This document shows positions 28,297-38,077 of a stretch of 44,343 bases of DNA, one piece after another. The stretch comes from Lentisphaeria bacterium. GTDB taxonomy: Bacteria; Verrucomicrobiota; Lentisphaeria; Oligosphaerales; MVZH01. The notes beneath the pieces were generated by a model. The model made no database searches, was not told where the DNA came from, and saw nothing but the letters and a program-made list of their open reading frames with translations. The DNA lies in NCBI GenBank assembly GCA_032251435.1, contig JAVVEH010000036.1, forward strand, positions 1-44,343. Reading direction: 5' to 3'. Positions within the stretch are counted from its first letter, which is position 1. Every line of letters starts with the position of its first letter. Position numbers and translations under genes: made by a program.

Positions 28297-28330
28297 TTGA
28301 CAATTCCCTGTGGTGATATACTTTGACTGC
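28297..28330 (+). promoter_or_regulatory. candidate sigma70-type promoter for the pspA-flotillin-giant ATPase operon
   Basis: TTGACA at 28297-28302 followed by TATACT/TACTTT-like -10 candidates 14-16 nt downstream. Lies about 95 nt upstream of the first gene of the operon. Spacing is not ideal. Confidence 0.3.
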
Positions 28331-28421
28331 ACGACGAGGATTGGAACCCCATTCTTAACAAGATCTCCGGACCGATCCAGGCGCCGACTTTGGACATGGA
28401 TATTGGCAAAAGGAGAGCCCG

Positions 28422-28991
28422 ATGAGCAAGCTGTTCGACCAGGCGCGAGCCCGGCTCAGGAATAGTATTGACGATAAGGAGGAGGCCAAAACCGCACGGG
28501 GAGACGGTCCCGCCGACGTGAGCCAGGTCGCGAAAGACATACAGGAAGCGGCCGCGGAGGCGGTTGACAATGTGGTGGCGAGCCCTTTCCGTTTAAAAAA
28601 GGCGCTTCAGCAACGCGCCACTAAAAAGGTTTTGGAAACCCAGGAGAAATTCACGGACCTTCTCCCCGCCTTGGCCCAGGCTGGATTCCGGCTTGATTCA
28701 TGCGCTATTGACGCCAGTATGTCGCCGACCATCATGTCCCGTTTTTCAGTCACCCGACAGCTCACTGATGAAGAGGAAGAAGAATTCCTGGCTGCCAACC
28801 GGGGAAACCGGTTTGCCTATCTCCTCTTTGAAAGTCTTTTCCGAGCGGTCAACGTAGCCGAAACCCTGGATTTCCCGGGTTTACATTTCGCCGGTCTGGA
28901 GGTCCGTGTCACCGCCAGCCCAAAAGTAAGCATGCTCTACCGGAGCGTCCAGGTCCAGGAATTGGGCCAAACAGTCATCCACGGAGGTTGA
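28422..28991 (+). CDS. hypothetical acidic protein, first gene of the PspA locus
   Basis: 189 aa, no TM segment, EEEEE stretch, no recognisable motif. Ends 4 bp before pspA-like gene on the same strand. Confidence 0.55.
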   Translation: MSKLFDQARARLRNSIDDKEEAKTARGDGPADVSQVAKDIQEAAAEAVDNVVASPFRLKKALQQRATKKVLETQEKFTDLLPALAQAGFRLDSCAIDASMSPTIMSRFSVTRQLTDEEEEEFLAANRGNRFAYLLFESLFRAVNVAETLDFPGLHFAGLEVRVTASPKVSMLYRSVQVQELGQTVIHGG

Positions 28992-28994
28992 AAA

Positions 28995-29666
28995 ATGGGA
29001 AAACTAGCAAGAGCGATCAGTAATTGGTTCAAAGACAAACACGATCAAATGGCTGGACTTTTCACGGATCCCGAACGGGACACCAAAATCGCCATCGAGG
29101 ATAGTAAGCGGCTCGTTGAGGCGTTCACCGAAAAAGTGGCCCGCCTGATGGCGGAGACCAAAAAGCTCAAAAAACTTCTGGTGGACGCCGAAGCGGATGT
29201 GGAAAAATGGCGCGGGATCGCCGTCAAAGCCGCCGAAGCCCGGGACGAGGGAGATGCCCGCACCGCCCTCACCCGTAAGGCCGCCGCCGTGAAAAGAGTT
29301 GAAACGCTTGAAGCCGAAGTCGCTCAGAACGAAGAAGTGACTGAAAAACTCCGCGCTCAGATCGCCGACACCAAAGCCCGGATTGACCAGGCCGAAGCCG
29401 ACCGCGCGCGTTTAGTGGCCCGCTTGGAAGGAACCCAAATCCGCAAAGACGCCGCGAAAGCCGGGGCTAACTTTGGGGATACCAGCAATCCTCTGGCCGC
29501 TCTGGATGACCTGGAACGGGCCGTCAAGAACAGCGAGGCCGAAGCCGAAGCCTGGGAAGAACTTCTCGGCGAAGACAGTGAGGGCGAGGTCCTGGAGACA
29601 AAATACAACACGGAGAATGACGCTATCGAAGCCGAGTTGGCAGAACTCATGAAGGGGAAAAAGTGA
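28995..29666 (+). CDS. pspA: PspA/IM30 (Vipp1/ESCRT-III-like) family protein
   Basis: 223 aa, almost entirely coiled-coil. N-terminus MGKLARAISNWFKDKHDQMAGLFTDPER and the E/A/R/K-rich heptad pattern match the PspA/LiaH/Vipp1 family. Confidence 0.85.
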   Translation: MGKLARAISNWFKDKHDQMAGLFTDPERDTKIAIEDSKRLVEAFTEKVARLMAETKKLKKLLVDAEADVEKWRGIAVKAAEARDEGDARTALTRKAAAVKRVETLEAEVAQNEEVTEKLRAQIADTKARIDQAEADRARLVARLEGTQIRKDAAKAGANFGDTSNPLAALDDLERAVKNSEAEAEAWEELLGEDSEGEVLETKYNTENDAIEAELAELMKGKK

Positions 29667-29714
29667 ATCCGGCGAAAGCCCTGCCACATGTCCTGACGCG
29701 GAAACAGGTTTAAT

Positions 29715-30398
29715 ATGGAATTTCTTCATACGATATTTTCCGGCCCGATGCTGGTCTACAGCGTCTCGCTCTGCTTGATGTTGCTTTACTGGCTGATCAT
29801 TCTGATTGGCTTGATCGATATCGAGTCACTGGATGCTGTTTTCGGTTTTGGTGACGCTTTGGAGGGCGCGGGAGAAGTGGCGGGAGAAGCGGCCGCGGAA
29901 TCCGCGGGGGACGCGTTGGCTGGCGCGGCGGCGCCTGGCCCTCTGGAAGCGGTGCTCGGATTCATCGGCATCGGGACCGTTCCGGTAACCATTGTCGGCA
30001 GCATTCTGATTATCACCATGTGGTTTCTGGCTTTCTGCCTGTATTATTTTGTGTCGCCGGTCGTGACGCACCTGGCCCCCCCCCTGATAATCACCCTGTG
30101 CTTTTTTCTGCTCTCGGCCTTTGGCAGTTACTTCACCACGGGGTTGCTGACGCGCCCGCTGCGGAAAGTTTTCACGGTTGTCAGCACCCATGCCGGTTAT
30201 CACCTGGTGGGACGGACCTGCAAAATTCGCAGCAGCGAAGTGACCGAAATGTTTGGTGAGGCTGAATTGATGGTGAAGGATTCATTCATCATCATTTCGG
30301 TCCGTTGCGATGAGGAGAATAATCTGAAAAAAGGCGAAGAGGCTGTGATTATTGACTATCAAAAAGAAACCCACCTATACGACGTGCGAAAACTTTAA
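29715..30398 (+). CDS. YqiJ/NfeD-like inner-membrane protein (DUF1449-type) with C-terminal OB-fold
   Basis: 227 aa. Two hydrophobic helices, a Gly/Ala/Glu-rich linker, and a C-terminal beta-rich segment (LVGRTCKIRSSEVTEMFGEAELMVKDSFIIISV) resembling the NfeD/YqiJ beta-barrel. Located directly upstream of a flotillin gene, as in E. coli yqiJ-yqiK. Confidence 0.6.
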   Translation: MEFLHTIFSGPMLVYSVSLCLMLLYWLIILIGLIDIESLDAVFGFGDALEGAGEVAGEAAAESAGDALAGAAAPGPLEAVLGFIGIGTVPVTIVGSILIITMWFLAFCLYYFVSPVVTHLAPPLIITLCFFLLSAFGSYFTTGLLTRPLRKVFTVVSTHAGYHLVGRTCKIRSSEVTEMFGEAELMVKDSFIIISVRCDEENNLKKGEEAVIIDYQKETHLYDVRKL

Positions 30399-30461
30399 CA
30401 ACCGACCCCGACCGTTATCATTGAATCGACCGCGAACGAAGCGCTTAAAAACAGGAGAACG

Positions 30462-32504
30462 TTGCGCATGATCACTCCATTCATTCCCTTGGGAGCCCTG
30501 TCCATTCCAGAACCCCTTCTGGCCGTACTGATTGTCATCGGGTCACTCATCGTCATCGTCTTTGGCTTGATGATCCTGGCCGTCCAATTTTACCGCAAGG
30601 TGGAACAGGGGCAAGCCTTGATCCTGAATAAATTGCGTGACAAAGTTCAAGTCAGTTTCACGGGTGGCATTGTCCTGCCGATCATCCACAAAGCGGAAGT
30701 GATGGACATCTCCGTCCGGGCCATGGAAGTGGAGCGTTCCGGTAAAAACGGCTTGATTTGCGAAGACAACATGCGGGCGGACATCCGGGTGACTTTCTAC
30801 GTCCGGGTGAACAAAACCCAGGAAGATGTGCTCAAGGTCGCCCAGTCCGTCGGTTGCAAACGCGCGTCGACCAAGGAAACGCTGGAAGAACTCTTCCAGG
30901 CCAAATTCTCCGAAGCTCTGAAAACGGTGGGTAAGCAGATGGAGTTTACCACGCTGTTCACCGAACGGGAGAGATTTAAAGAACAGATCATTAAAGTCAT
31001 TGGTGAGGATTTGAACGGCTATCGCCTGGAAGACGCGGCCATTGACTATTTGGAACAGACCCCGTTGTCCTCTCTCGATGACTCCAATATCCTCGATGCC
31101 CAGGGGATTCGTAAAATTGTTGACTTGACCGCCCGCGAGGCCGTTCAGACCAATGATTTCCGCCGCAACCGCGAGAAAATCATCAAGGCCCAGGATGTGG
31201 AGGCCCGCGAAAAGATTCTGGAGCTGGAGCGCCAGCAGGCCGACGCCGAAGCCAGGCAGGCCCGCGAAATCGCCACCGTGCAAGCCCGCGAACAGGCCGA
31301 AGCGGAAAAAGTGGAAGCTGAAGAACGCCTGAAATCTGAAAGCGCCCGCATCGCCACCGACGAGGAACTGGCGGTCGCTGAGGAAAATAAACTCCGCCAG
31401 ATTGAAATTGCCGCCAAAGCCAAGGAGCGGACGATCGCGGTCGAAACCGAACGCGTCGAACGCGACCGGCAATTGGAAGCGGTCGAACGCGAACGGGCCG
31501 TGGCCATCAAGGACATGGAAAAGGCGAAACAGGTCGAAACAGAAAAGAAAGAAGTCGAAGATATCATCCGTGAACGCGTGATGGTCCAACGCACCGTGGC
31601 CGAAGAAGAAGAGAAGATCAAAGACACCCGCGAAATCATGACCGCCGAGCGGGAACGCAAGCGGCAGGTGATCGAAGCCGAACGGGAAGCCGAACAGGAA
31701 CGCGTCAAAGAAGTCGTGGCCGCCAAGGCTAAAGAAGAGGCCGCTGAAAGCCTGTTCGCCGAAATGGTCAAAATGGCCGAAGCCGAACGGGTTAAATCCG
31801 AAAACATCAGCGAAGCCAAAAAAGTGTTGGCTGAAGGGGTCATCGCCGAGGAATCCGCTTTGGGCTTAGCTCAAGTCAAGGTTAAAGAGGGCGAGGCGCG
31901 TGCCATTGAACTGACCGGGAAAGCGGAAGCTCTGGCTCAGACGGAAAAACACAAAGCCACCGCGTTCGGTCTGGAAGCCGAAGGCGAATCTGAAGCTAAA
32001 GCCATGGCCGCCAAGTTCCATGCGGAAGCCGAAGGCATCAACGAAAAAGCCGCCGCCATGAAGGAATTTGACGGGGTCGGCCGCGAACATGAAGAGTTCA
32101 AACTGGAACTCAATAAGGCCAAAGAAATTGAGCTGGCCGCCATCGATGTCCAGCGCAAGGTCGCCGAATACCAGGCTGATGTCCTCGCCGAAGCCATGAA
32201 ACAGGCGGACATCGACATCGTCGGCGGCGACGGAAAATTCCTGGAAACCTTTTTCCGCTCCATCAGCCTAGCCAAGAGTGTTGATGGATTTGTTGACAAG
32301 AGCAAAGAAGCCACCAAACTGGTGGCAGGCGACAGCGCTAACATCATGACCAAGCTGTCCAACGTTCTGGCCGATAGCGGGATCAGCAGCGAAGATGTGA
32401 AAAATCTGAGCATGTCTCAGATGTTAAACAAACTCAGCAAAACTGAAAATCCTGACACCGCCAAACGGCTCGAAGAGATCATCGGCTGGCTGGCGGAACA
32501 ATAA
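30462..32504 (+). CDS. flotillin (SPFH/Band-7) family protein, YqiK/FloA-like
   Basis: 680 aa. N-terminal membrane anchor, SPFH domain (QALILNKLRDKVQVSFTGGIVLPIIHKAEVMDISVRAMEV), then a very long E/A/R/K-rich coiled-coil typical of bacterial flotillins. Confidence 0.9.
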   Translation: MRMITPFIPLGALSIPEPLLAVLIVIGSLIVIVFGLMILAVQFYRKVEQGQALILNKLRDKVQVSFTGGIVLPIIHKAEVMDISVRAMEVERSGKNGLICEDNMRADIRVTFYVRVNKTQEDVLKVAQSVGCKRASTKETLEELFQAKFSEALKTVGKQMEFTTLFTERERFKEQIIKVIGEDLNGYRLEDAAIDYLEQTPLSSLDDSNILDAQGIRKIVDLTAREAVQTNDFRRNREKIIKAQDVEAREKILELERQQADAEARQAREIATVQAREQAEAEKVEAEERLKSESARIATDEELAVAEENKLRQIEIAAKAKERTIAVETERVERDRQLEAVERERAVAIKDMEKAKQVETEKKEVEDIIRERVMVQRTVAEEEEKIKDTREIMTAERERKRQVIEAEREAEQERVKEVVAAKAKEEAAESLFAEMVKMAEAERVKSENISEAKKVLAEGVIAEESALGLAQVKVKEGEARAIELTGKAEALAQTEKHKATAFGLEAEGESEAKAMAAKFHAEAEGINEKAAAMKEFDGVGREHEEFKLELNKAKEIELAAIDVQRKVAEYQADVLAEAMKQADIDIVGGDGKFLETFFRSISLAKSVDGFVDKSKEATKLVAGDSANIMTKLSNVLADSGISSEDVKNLSMSQMLNKLSKTENPDTAKRLEEIIGWLAEQ

Positions 32505-32633
32505 CACGAACAGGCCAAAGCCTGAACCGCGCGCCTGACGAAAAGTATTGCTGACGGCAAAGCCTCATACGGGGCGAGCCGCTTCGGCGCATGCGCATTG
32601 GACACCTGACAAAACCGCGGATTTTTTGATCCT

Positions 32634-35600
32634 ATGCCCGACGAAAAAAACACAACTCACCCGGACGAACTGACGAACACCGCGGGAACCGCGGTGGAGG
32701 AGAAACTGGAGGGGGGGGCTTACGAGGTGCTGCGCAAGCGTATTGAAGCGCTTGACGGCAAACTCTGCGCGGCGCTGGCAAGCCTGAACGGGCGCCGTAA
32801 AGATATCTTCGGCAGTCACGAGAGCAAGCTGATTGGCACCCAGCGGGTCACCACCGACAACAACTGCGTTCCCCGTGACATTGTCGCTGTCGATGGACAC
32901 ATGCTGTTCGGCTATAATGTGTTCATCGGGCTGAAAACCGAGACAGTGGTCGAGGACGTGCTTTGTCTGATGAAATTCGACGGGGAGCAATTCGGGGCTT
33001 CGGAGCTTCCGCTTCTCGACACTCCCGCCTTTCGCCGGGACTTCCAGGAACTTTACAAATACTATCGCGACGCCCGGTTTCTCCAGTTCGTGAAAACGGA
33101 ATCACGCCTGTTGGTCATCTTCCAGATTGGCCGGTCGGTCACCGATGTGAAAATTTTCCGCTGGCAGGTCGAGAAAGGTGGAGGATTTAAATACATTGAT
33201 GACCGCGGGGATATGGAGTACAAGCTGCCGCCCCAGCATGATTTTGAATGGACAGCCGCCACCCGCGACAATCAGGTGCAAGGCGCCCACCCCCATTTTT
33301 CCATTCTCGACCAGCTGTTTGTGGAATGCATCGGCGGGACACTGACCATTAAAATAGAAAACAACACCAAAACCGGAGAGGGGATTTTCAATGAACCCGT
33401 CGACAACCCCGATCAGACCCTGGACGACGCCGAAATCTATTACGCCGAAGTCGGCCCGTTAATTCTGCTCAAAGTTAAACCTTACCGGGAAGAAAAATAC
33501 CGCTACATCGTCTACAACAGCCGTTTGCAGACGGCCATCCGCATCGACGCCATTGACCAAGCCTGTATTGAACTGCCGGAAGATCACGGCATCATCTTCC
33601 CCCGTGGCTATTATCTCATCGATGGACGTTCCCGGGTCTTTGACGAAAAAGTGGACAACATGCGCTATCTCCAGTGCAAAAAAAGTCCCAACGGTGAGGA
33701 CTTTCTCTACGTGTTCTATCATGAGGAACAGGGCCTGCACATCCTGCTTCAGTACAACATGATTTCCAAGGAACTGTCCACGCCGATCACCTGCCATGGG
33801 TGTTCTCTGTTCAAAGACGGTCGCATGATCGTCTTCAACGCCCCCGATAACGAACCGCGGCGGAACCACCCCATGCAGCTGTGGAAGACACCCTTTTACA
33901 GCGATGATTACGAAGCTCCTGTCACCAGTGATTCCCCCTTGGCCCGAATCGGCAACCGGGATTTAGTCCGCGGCATTTCCGAAGGATATGGAATTTCCCG
34001 GCTGATCAACAGTGACATCATCACTCTGGATGTTTACGCGGACTTGCTGAAATCCACCACCAATCTGCTGGACGGCTACCACTGGATCAATGAACCTGAG
34101 TGCGGAGATCTTAAGACCATTGTCCAAGAGATTAATCAGACGGCGGTGGCCGCCATCGACGAATTCGAAAAAGTCGTGCGGATGAAAGAAAACACCGCCA
34201 AGCGGATCGAAGAGAGTCGGCAGGCCGTGCATCGGGCCATGTTGGATCTACGTCCGGATCAGATGCACGACATCAATGACTTTGTCAACGCGATCAGCGA
34301 ATACCGCGCACGCCGCGGGATTGTCATCGGCCTGCGTGACTTGCGTTACGCGGACATGGCCCTGATTGACGAAATGGATACTCAGCTGGCCCGAGGAACC
34401 CAGGACATTTCTGAGGCGTGTGTCGAATTCCTGCTCAAGCCGGATTCCCTCAAACCATACAGTGAAAAAAATGCCGACTTAGATAAAAAAATCGCGGCCG
34501 TCAACAAAGTCGCCGATCTTGAAAAACTCGCTGGGGAACTGGAAAAATTAGCCGTCCAACTGGACCTGCTGACCGATGTCGTCGGCAATCTGAACATTGA
34601 CGACGCCACCAAAACCACCCGCATTGTCGAAGCCATCACCGATGTCTACGCGGGGGTCAACCGCACCCGTTCCATGACCCGCAACCGCCGACTGGATATT
34701 GGCCGGGAGGAAGCGGAAGCTGAATTCGCCGCGCAATTCAAACTCCTCTCCCAAAGCATCACCAACTACATTGGCATGTGCGATAGCGCCGCCAAATGTG
34801 ATGAGCTCCTGACCAAGATCATGGTCAGCATCGAGGAACTGGAAGGGCGATTCGCTGATTATGAGGAATTCACTCTGCAAATCGGGGAAAAACGCGAAGA
34901 GGCTTACAACGCCTTCGCCGACCGCAAACAGGTCCTGGAGGACAGCCAGAAAAAACGGGTCACCTCTCTAGCCAGTTCCGCGGAGCGGATCCTCAAGGGC
35001 GTTGTCGCCCGGTCGGGAACCTTCAAGGATGTTGACTCCATTAACGCCTACTTCGCCAGCGACTTGATGGTCTCGAAACTGCGTGATGTCACCCGGCAGC
35101 TCTACGACATGGGTGAGTCAGTCAAAGCCGATGAACTCAATGGCAAACTGAAAACCGCGAAAGAAACCGCCGTCCGCGGACTCCGCGACAAGCTGGAACT
35201 GTTCACCGACGGCATGGACATTATCACATTCGGGGACTACTCGTTCTCCGTCAACACGCAACCTCTTGAGTTGACCACTCTCCACCGGGATGGCGACATG
35301 TTTTTCCATCTTACCGGAACCAGCTTCTACGAAAAAATCACGGACCCGGAGTTTCTCGCCACCCGCGCCATCTGGCGGCAGGAACTGATCAGCGAAAACC
35401 GGAATGTCTACCGGGCGGAATATCTCGCGTATCAGGCCTTGGAAGCCGCCTTGAACCATACCGGCGACTTTTCCATGGATGACCTCCGGAAAGCCGCGGG
35501 ACACGTTAAAGATCTAGGCACACTGGTTCGGGATTTTGCCGCTCCCCGTTATAACGAAGGCTACGACAAAGGCATTCATGACCATGACGCCACTCTCATC

Positions 35601-37826
35601 CTCAACGAACTGATCCGCTTCTACGACTCCACCGAACTGCTGCGTTATGACTCCACCAGCCGGGCTCACGCCATTATTTTCTGGCGCTACTACGGCAATC
35701 AAGCGCATCGCCACATTCTCCGCAACCGTATGCGCAGTTTCGGCTCTTTGCCCCGCGTCTTCGGCTGTTCCGCCATCCGCCGGGATTACATCGACGAAAT
35801 CCGCGCCGCCATGTGTGTCTTCTTCGAGGCGTTTGGACGGGTTATCGACCCGGCAGTTCTCAGCCAGGCCGCCGAATTTCTCTATTATGAACTCCAGGAT
35901 GCCGACGAGCTCGAATTCACCATCAACGCCCTTGCCTATGACCTGCACAAGCAATTCATGAGCTACCTGAAAACAAAAAAAGCTGAAAAGGCTTTCCTGC
36001 AGGACATTGACGAACTGTGCTCCGACTACATCAGTCGGATCAATTTGATCCACGACTGGGTCTCGGCTTTCGTGAAACAAAGCGGGAACGACCCTTCAGA
36101 ACACTTCATCTGGGAAGTCGTGGCCTTGATCTCCTCCGGCGAAGTCATCAACCACGATGTCACCTCGGTCGGCACGTACGTTGAGATAAAGGGCCTGTTA
36201 GGGCAGCATCACTTGGTGCGGGACAACCGGCTGGATCTCCACTTCGATCTGTTCCTGCTGAAGATGAAAGAGTTCGTTTCCGTTCAGGTCCCCAAATTCG
36301 AAGCCTTCACGCGTCTGCGCAAACAGCTGATCGACCGCCGCCGCGAGGAAATCCGCCTGGCCGAATTCCTGCCCCGGGTCATGGGCGGCTTTGTCCGAAA
36401 CAAACTGATCAGCGAGGTGTATCTGAATCTTGTCGGCGCGAACTTCGCGAAACAACTTGGTGTCATCGGCGACGCCCGTCGGACCGACCAGATGGGCCTG
36501 CTTCTACTTATTTCCCCGCCGGGATATGGCAAAACCACGCTCATGGAATATGTCGCCAACCGCCTGGGCCTCGCCTTTATGAAAATCAACGGGCCGGCTA
36601 TCGGCCATTCCGTCACCAGCCTGGATCCGGTCGAAGCCCCGAACGCCACCGCCCGTGAGGAACTCCAAAAGCTCAACCTGTCCCTGGAAATGGGCAATAA
36701 TGTGATGATCTATCTGGATGATATTCAGCACTGCCATTCCGAATTCCTCCAGAAATTTATCTCGCTCTGCGACGCCCAGCGGAAAATTGAAGGGGTCTAT
36801 CGCGGGAAAACCCGAACCTACGACCTGCGCGGGCGCAAAGTCGCTGTCGTCATGGCCGGCAACCCCTACACCGAATCCGGAGAGAAATTCCGCATCCCCG
36901 ACATGCTCGCCAACCGCGCCGACACCTACAACCTCGGCGACATCAGCTCCTCATCCAGAGACGCCTTTGAGCTGTCCTTTATCGAAAACAGCATGACCAG
37001 CAATCCCGTTCTCTCCAAAGTGGCCACCCGTGGGCATGCCGACATCTATAAATTCGCCGAGGCCGTCCGGCGGAATTCCACCGAAGGCATTGAATTTGAA
37101 CACAATTATTCCGCCGAAGAGGTAAACGAAACCCTTAATGTCCTCCGCAAACTTTTCATGGTGCGCGACACCGTCCTGAAAATGAACCGCCAGTACATCG
37201 ACTCCGCCGCCCAGCAGGATGAATACCGCGCCGAACCCCCGTTTAAACTCCAGGGTTCCTATCGCAACATGAACCGGATGGCCGAGAAAGTCTATCCTAT
37301 CATGACCGATGAGGAAGTCAACCAACTGATCATCGATCACTACACCAACGAAGCGCAAACCCTGACCACAGGAGCGGAGGCCAACCTGCTCAAATTCAGT
37401 GAAATTCTCGGGATACTCACGCCCGAACAGACTGACCGCTGGCAGCGAATCCGCGATGAATTCCAACGGCGGCAGACATTGGGCGGGGTCGACAATGACG
37501 ACCAACTGGCCCAGCTCATGGCCCAGCTCTCCACCTTGGGTGTCGGTGTCAAGAACATCACAGCCGCGATCGCCGCCCGCCCGGACATTGACCTGTCCCC
37601 ACTGGTCAAAGCCCTCCAGGCCGCAGGTAAAAAGCCATCACCCATCCAGGTCAACGCCCAGTTCCCGCCGGAATATGCCGAAGCCTGGGCGCGTCAGAGC
37701 CAGTCACACGATCAGCTGGCCGAAATCCTTAACGGCATGCGCCAGCGTAGCGACGACTTTGTCAAGCTCGGGGATCTTCTGGATGATATCATCCATGGAA
37801 AAGTGACCTTGCAGATCACAAAATAA
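32634..37826 (+). CDS. giant (1730 aa) protein with single MoxR/AAA_5-like AAA+ ATPase module near the C-terminus; N-terminal about 1200 aa of unknown function
   Basis: Uninterrupted 5.2-kb ORF. Walker A LLLISPPGYGKTTL, Walker B MIYLDDIQH, and the MoxR-like sensor/arginine-finger region VMAGNPYTESGEKFRIPDMLANRADTYNL. Nothing recognisable before about residue 1200. No TM segments obvious. Confidence 0.85.
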   Translation: MPDEKNTTHPDELTNTAGTAVEEKLEGGAYEVLRKRIEALDGKLCAALASLNGRRKDIFGSHESKLIGTQRVTTDNNCVPRDIVAVDGHMLFGYNVFIGLKTETVVEDVLCLMKFDGEQFGASELPLLDTPAFRRDFQELYKYYRDARFLQFVKTESRLLVIFQIGRSVTDVKIFRWQVEKGGGFKYIDDRGDMEYKLPPQHDFEWTAATRDNQVQGAHPHFSILDQLFVECIGGTLTIKIENNTKTGEGIFNEPVDNPDQTLDDAEIYYAEVGPLILLKVKPYREEKYRYIVYNSRLQTAIRIDAIDQACIELPEDHGIIFPRGYYLIDGRSRVFDEKVDNMRYLQCKKSPNGEDFLYVFYHEEQGLHILLQYNMISKELSTPITCHGCSLFKDGRMIVFNAPDNEPRRNHPMQLWKTPFYSDDYEAPVTSDSPLARIGNRDLVRGISEGYGISRLINSDIITLDVYADLLKSTTNLLDGYHWINEPECGDLKTIVQEINQTAVAAIDEFEKVVRMKENTAKRIEESRQAVHRAMLDLRPDQMHDINDFVNAISEYRARRGIVIGLRDLRYADMALIDEMDTQLARGTQDISEACVEFLLKPDSLKPYSEKNADLDKKIAAVNKVADLEKLAGELEKLAVQLDLLTDVVGNLNIDDATKTTRIVEAITDVYAGVNRTRSMTRNRRLDIGREEAEAEFAAQFKLLSQSITNYIGMCDSAAKCDELLTKIMVSIEELEGRFADYEEFTLQIGEKREEAYNAFADRKQVLEDSQKKRVTSLASSAERILKGVVARSGTFKDVDSINAYFASDLMVSKLRDVTRQLYDMGESVKADELNGKLKTAKETAVRGLRDKLELFTDGMDIITFGDYSFSVNTQPLELTTLHRDGDMFFHLTGTSFYEKITDPEFLATRAIWRQELISENRNVYRAEYLAYQALEAALNHTGDFSMDDLRKAAGHVKDLGTLVRDFAAPRYNEGYDKGIHDHDATLILNELIRFYDSTELLRYDSTSRAHAIIFWRYYGNQAHRHILRNRMRSFGSLPRVFGCSAIRRDYIDEIRAAMCVFFEAFGRVIDPAVLSQAAEFLYYELQDADELEFTINALAYDLHKQFMSYLKTKKAEKAFLQDIDELCSDYISRINLIHDWVSAFVKQSGNDPSEHFIWEVVALISSGEVINHDVTSVGTYVEIKGLLGQHHLVRDNRLDLHFDLFLLKMKEFVSVQVPKFEAFTRLRKQLIDRRREEIRLAEFLPRVMGGFVRNKLISEVYLNLVGANFAKQLGVIGDARRTDQMGLLLLISPPGYGKTTLMEYVANRLGLAFMKINGPAIGHSVTSLDPVEAPNATAREELQKLNLSLEMGNNVMIYLDDIQHCHSEFLQKFISLCDAQRKIEGVYRGKTRTYDLRGRKVAVVMAGNPYTESGEKFRIPDMLANRADTYNLGDISSSSRDAFELSFIENSMTSNPVLSKVATRGHADIYKFAEAVRRNSTEGIEFEHNYSAEEVNETLNVLRKLFMVRDTVLKMNRQYIDSAAQQDEYRAEPPFKLQGSYRNMNRMAEKVYPIMTDEEVNQLIIDHYTNEAQTLTTGAEANLLKFSEILGILTPEQTDRWQRIRDEFQRRQTLGGVDNDDQLAQLMAQLSTLGVGVKNITAAIAARPDIDLSPLVKALQAAGKKPSPIQVNAQFPPEYAEAWARQSQSHDQLAEILNGMRQRSDDFVKLGDLLDDIIHGKVTLQITK

Positions 37827-38077
37827 TCCCCTTGCTAAGAAGACTGTTTTGCGACGCCGCCCTCGACAGGTGATTGTTGGCTTCCGTCTTCGGTCTGCCT
37901 CGTTGTCGTAATCGTTCTCGTAATCGATTGCCTTCTTCCTCGCTATCCGTATTTACCGAGGGCCGATCTCGATTAGGACAACGACAACCGTTCTCACGCT
38001 ATGCGGGATCACTGACAAGGACAACAAGCGGGTTCGGCCGCGCGGTCAGGCGCTCAGATCATCGATCAGGCGACAGG

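Noticed and set aside
28340-28365. Sigma54 promoter (TGGAAC-N5-TCTTA) upstream of the pspA-like operon, by analogy with E. coli pspA
   Set aside because: The -12 element lacks the conserved GC dinucleotide, and no PspF-like enhancer-binding protein gene is nearby.
30543-31843. Long antisense ORFs inside the flotillin gene (348 aa and 232 aa), and similar opposite-strand ORFs within nuoEF, pheT, cstA and the giant ATPase gene
   Set aside because: Typical stop-codon-poor frames of GC-rich DNA. Low-complexity translations. Each fully overlaps a gene with strong motif support.
32505-32633. Intrinsic terminator between flotillin and the giant ATPase gene (CAAAACCGCGGATTTTTTG)
   Set aside because: The stem is AT-closed and weak (mainly a CCGCGG self-palindrome). 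At most a partial attenuator. Insufficient to split the operon on sequence evidence alone.
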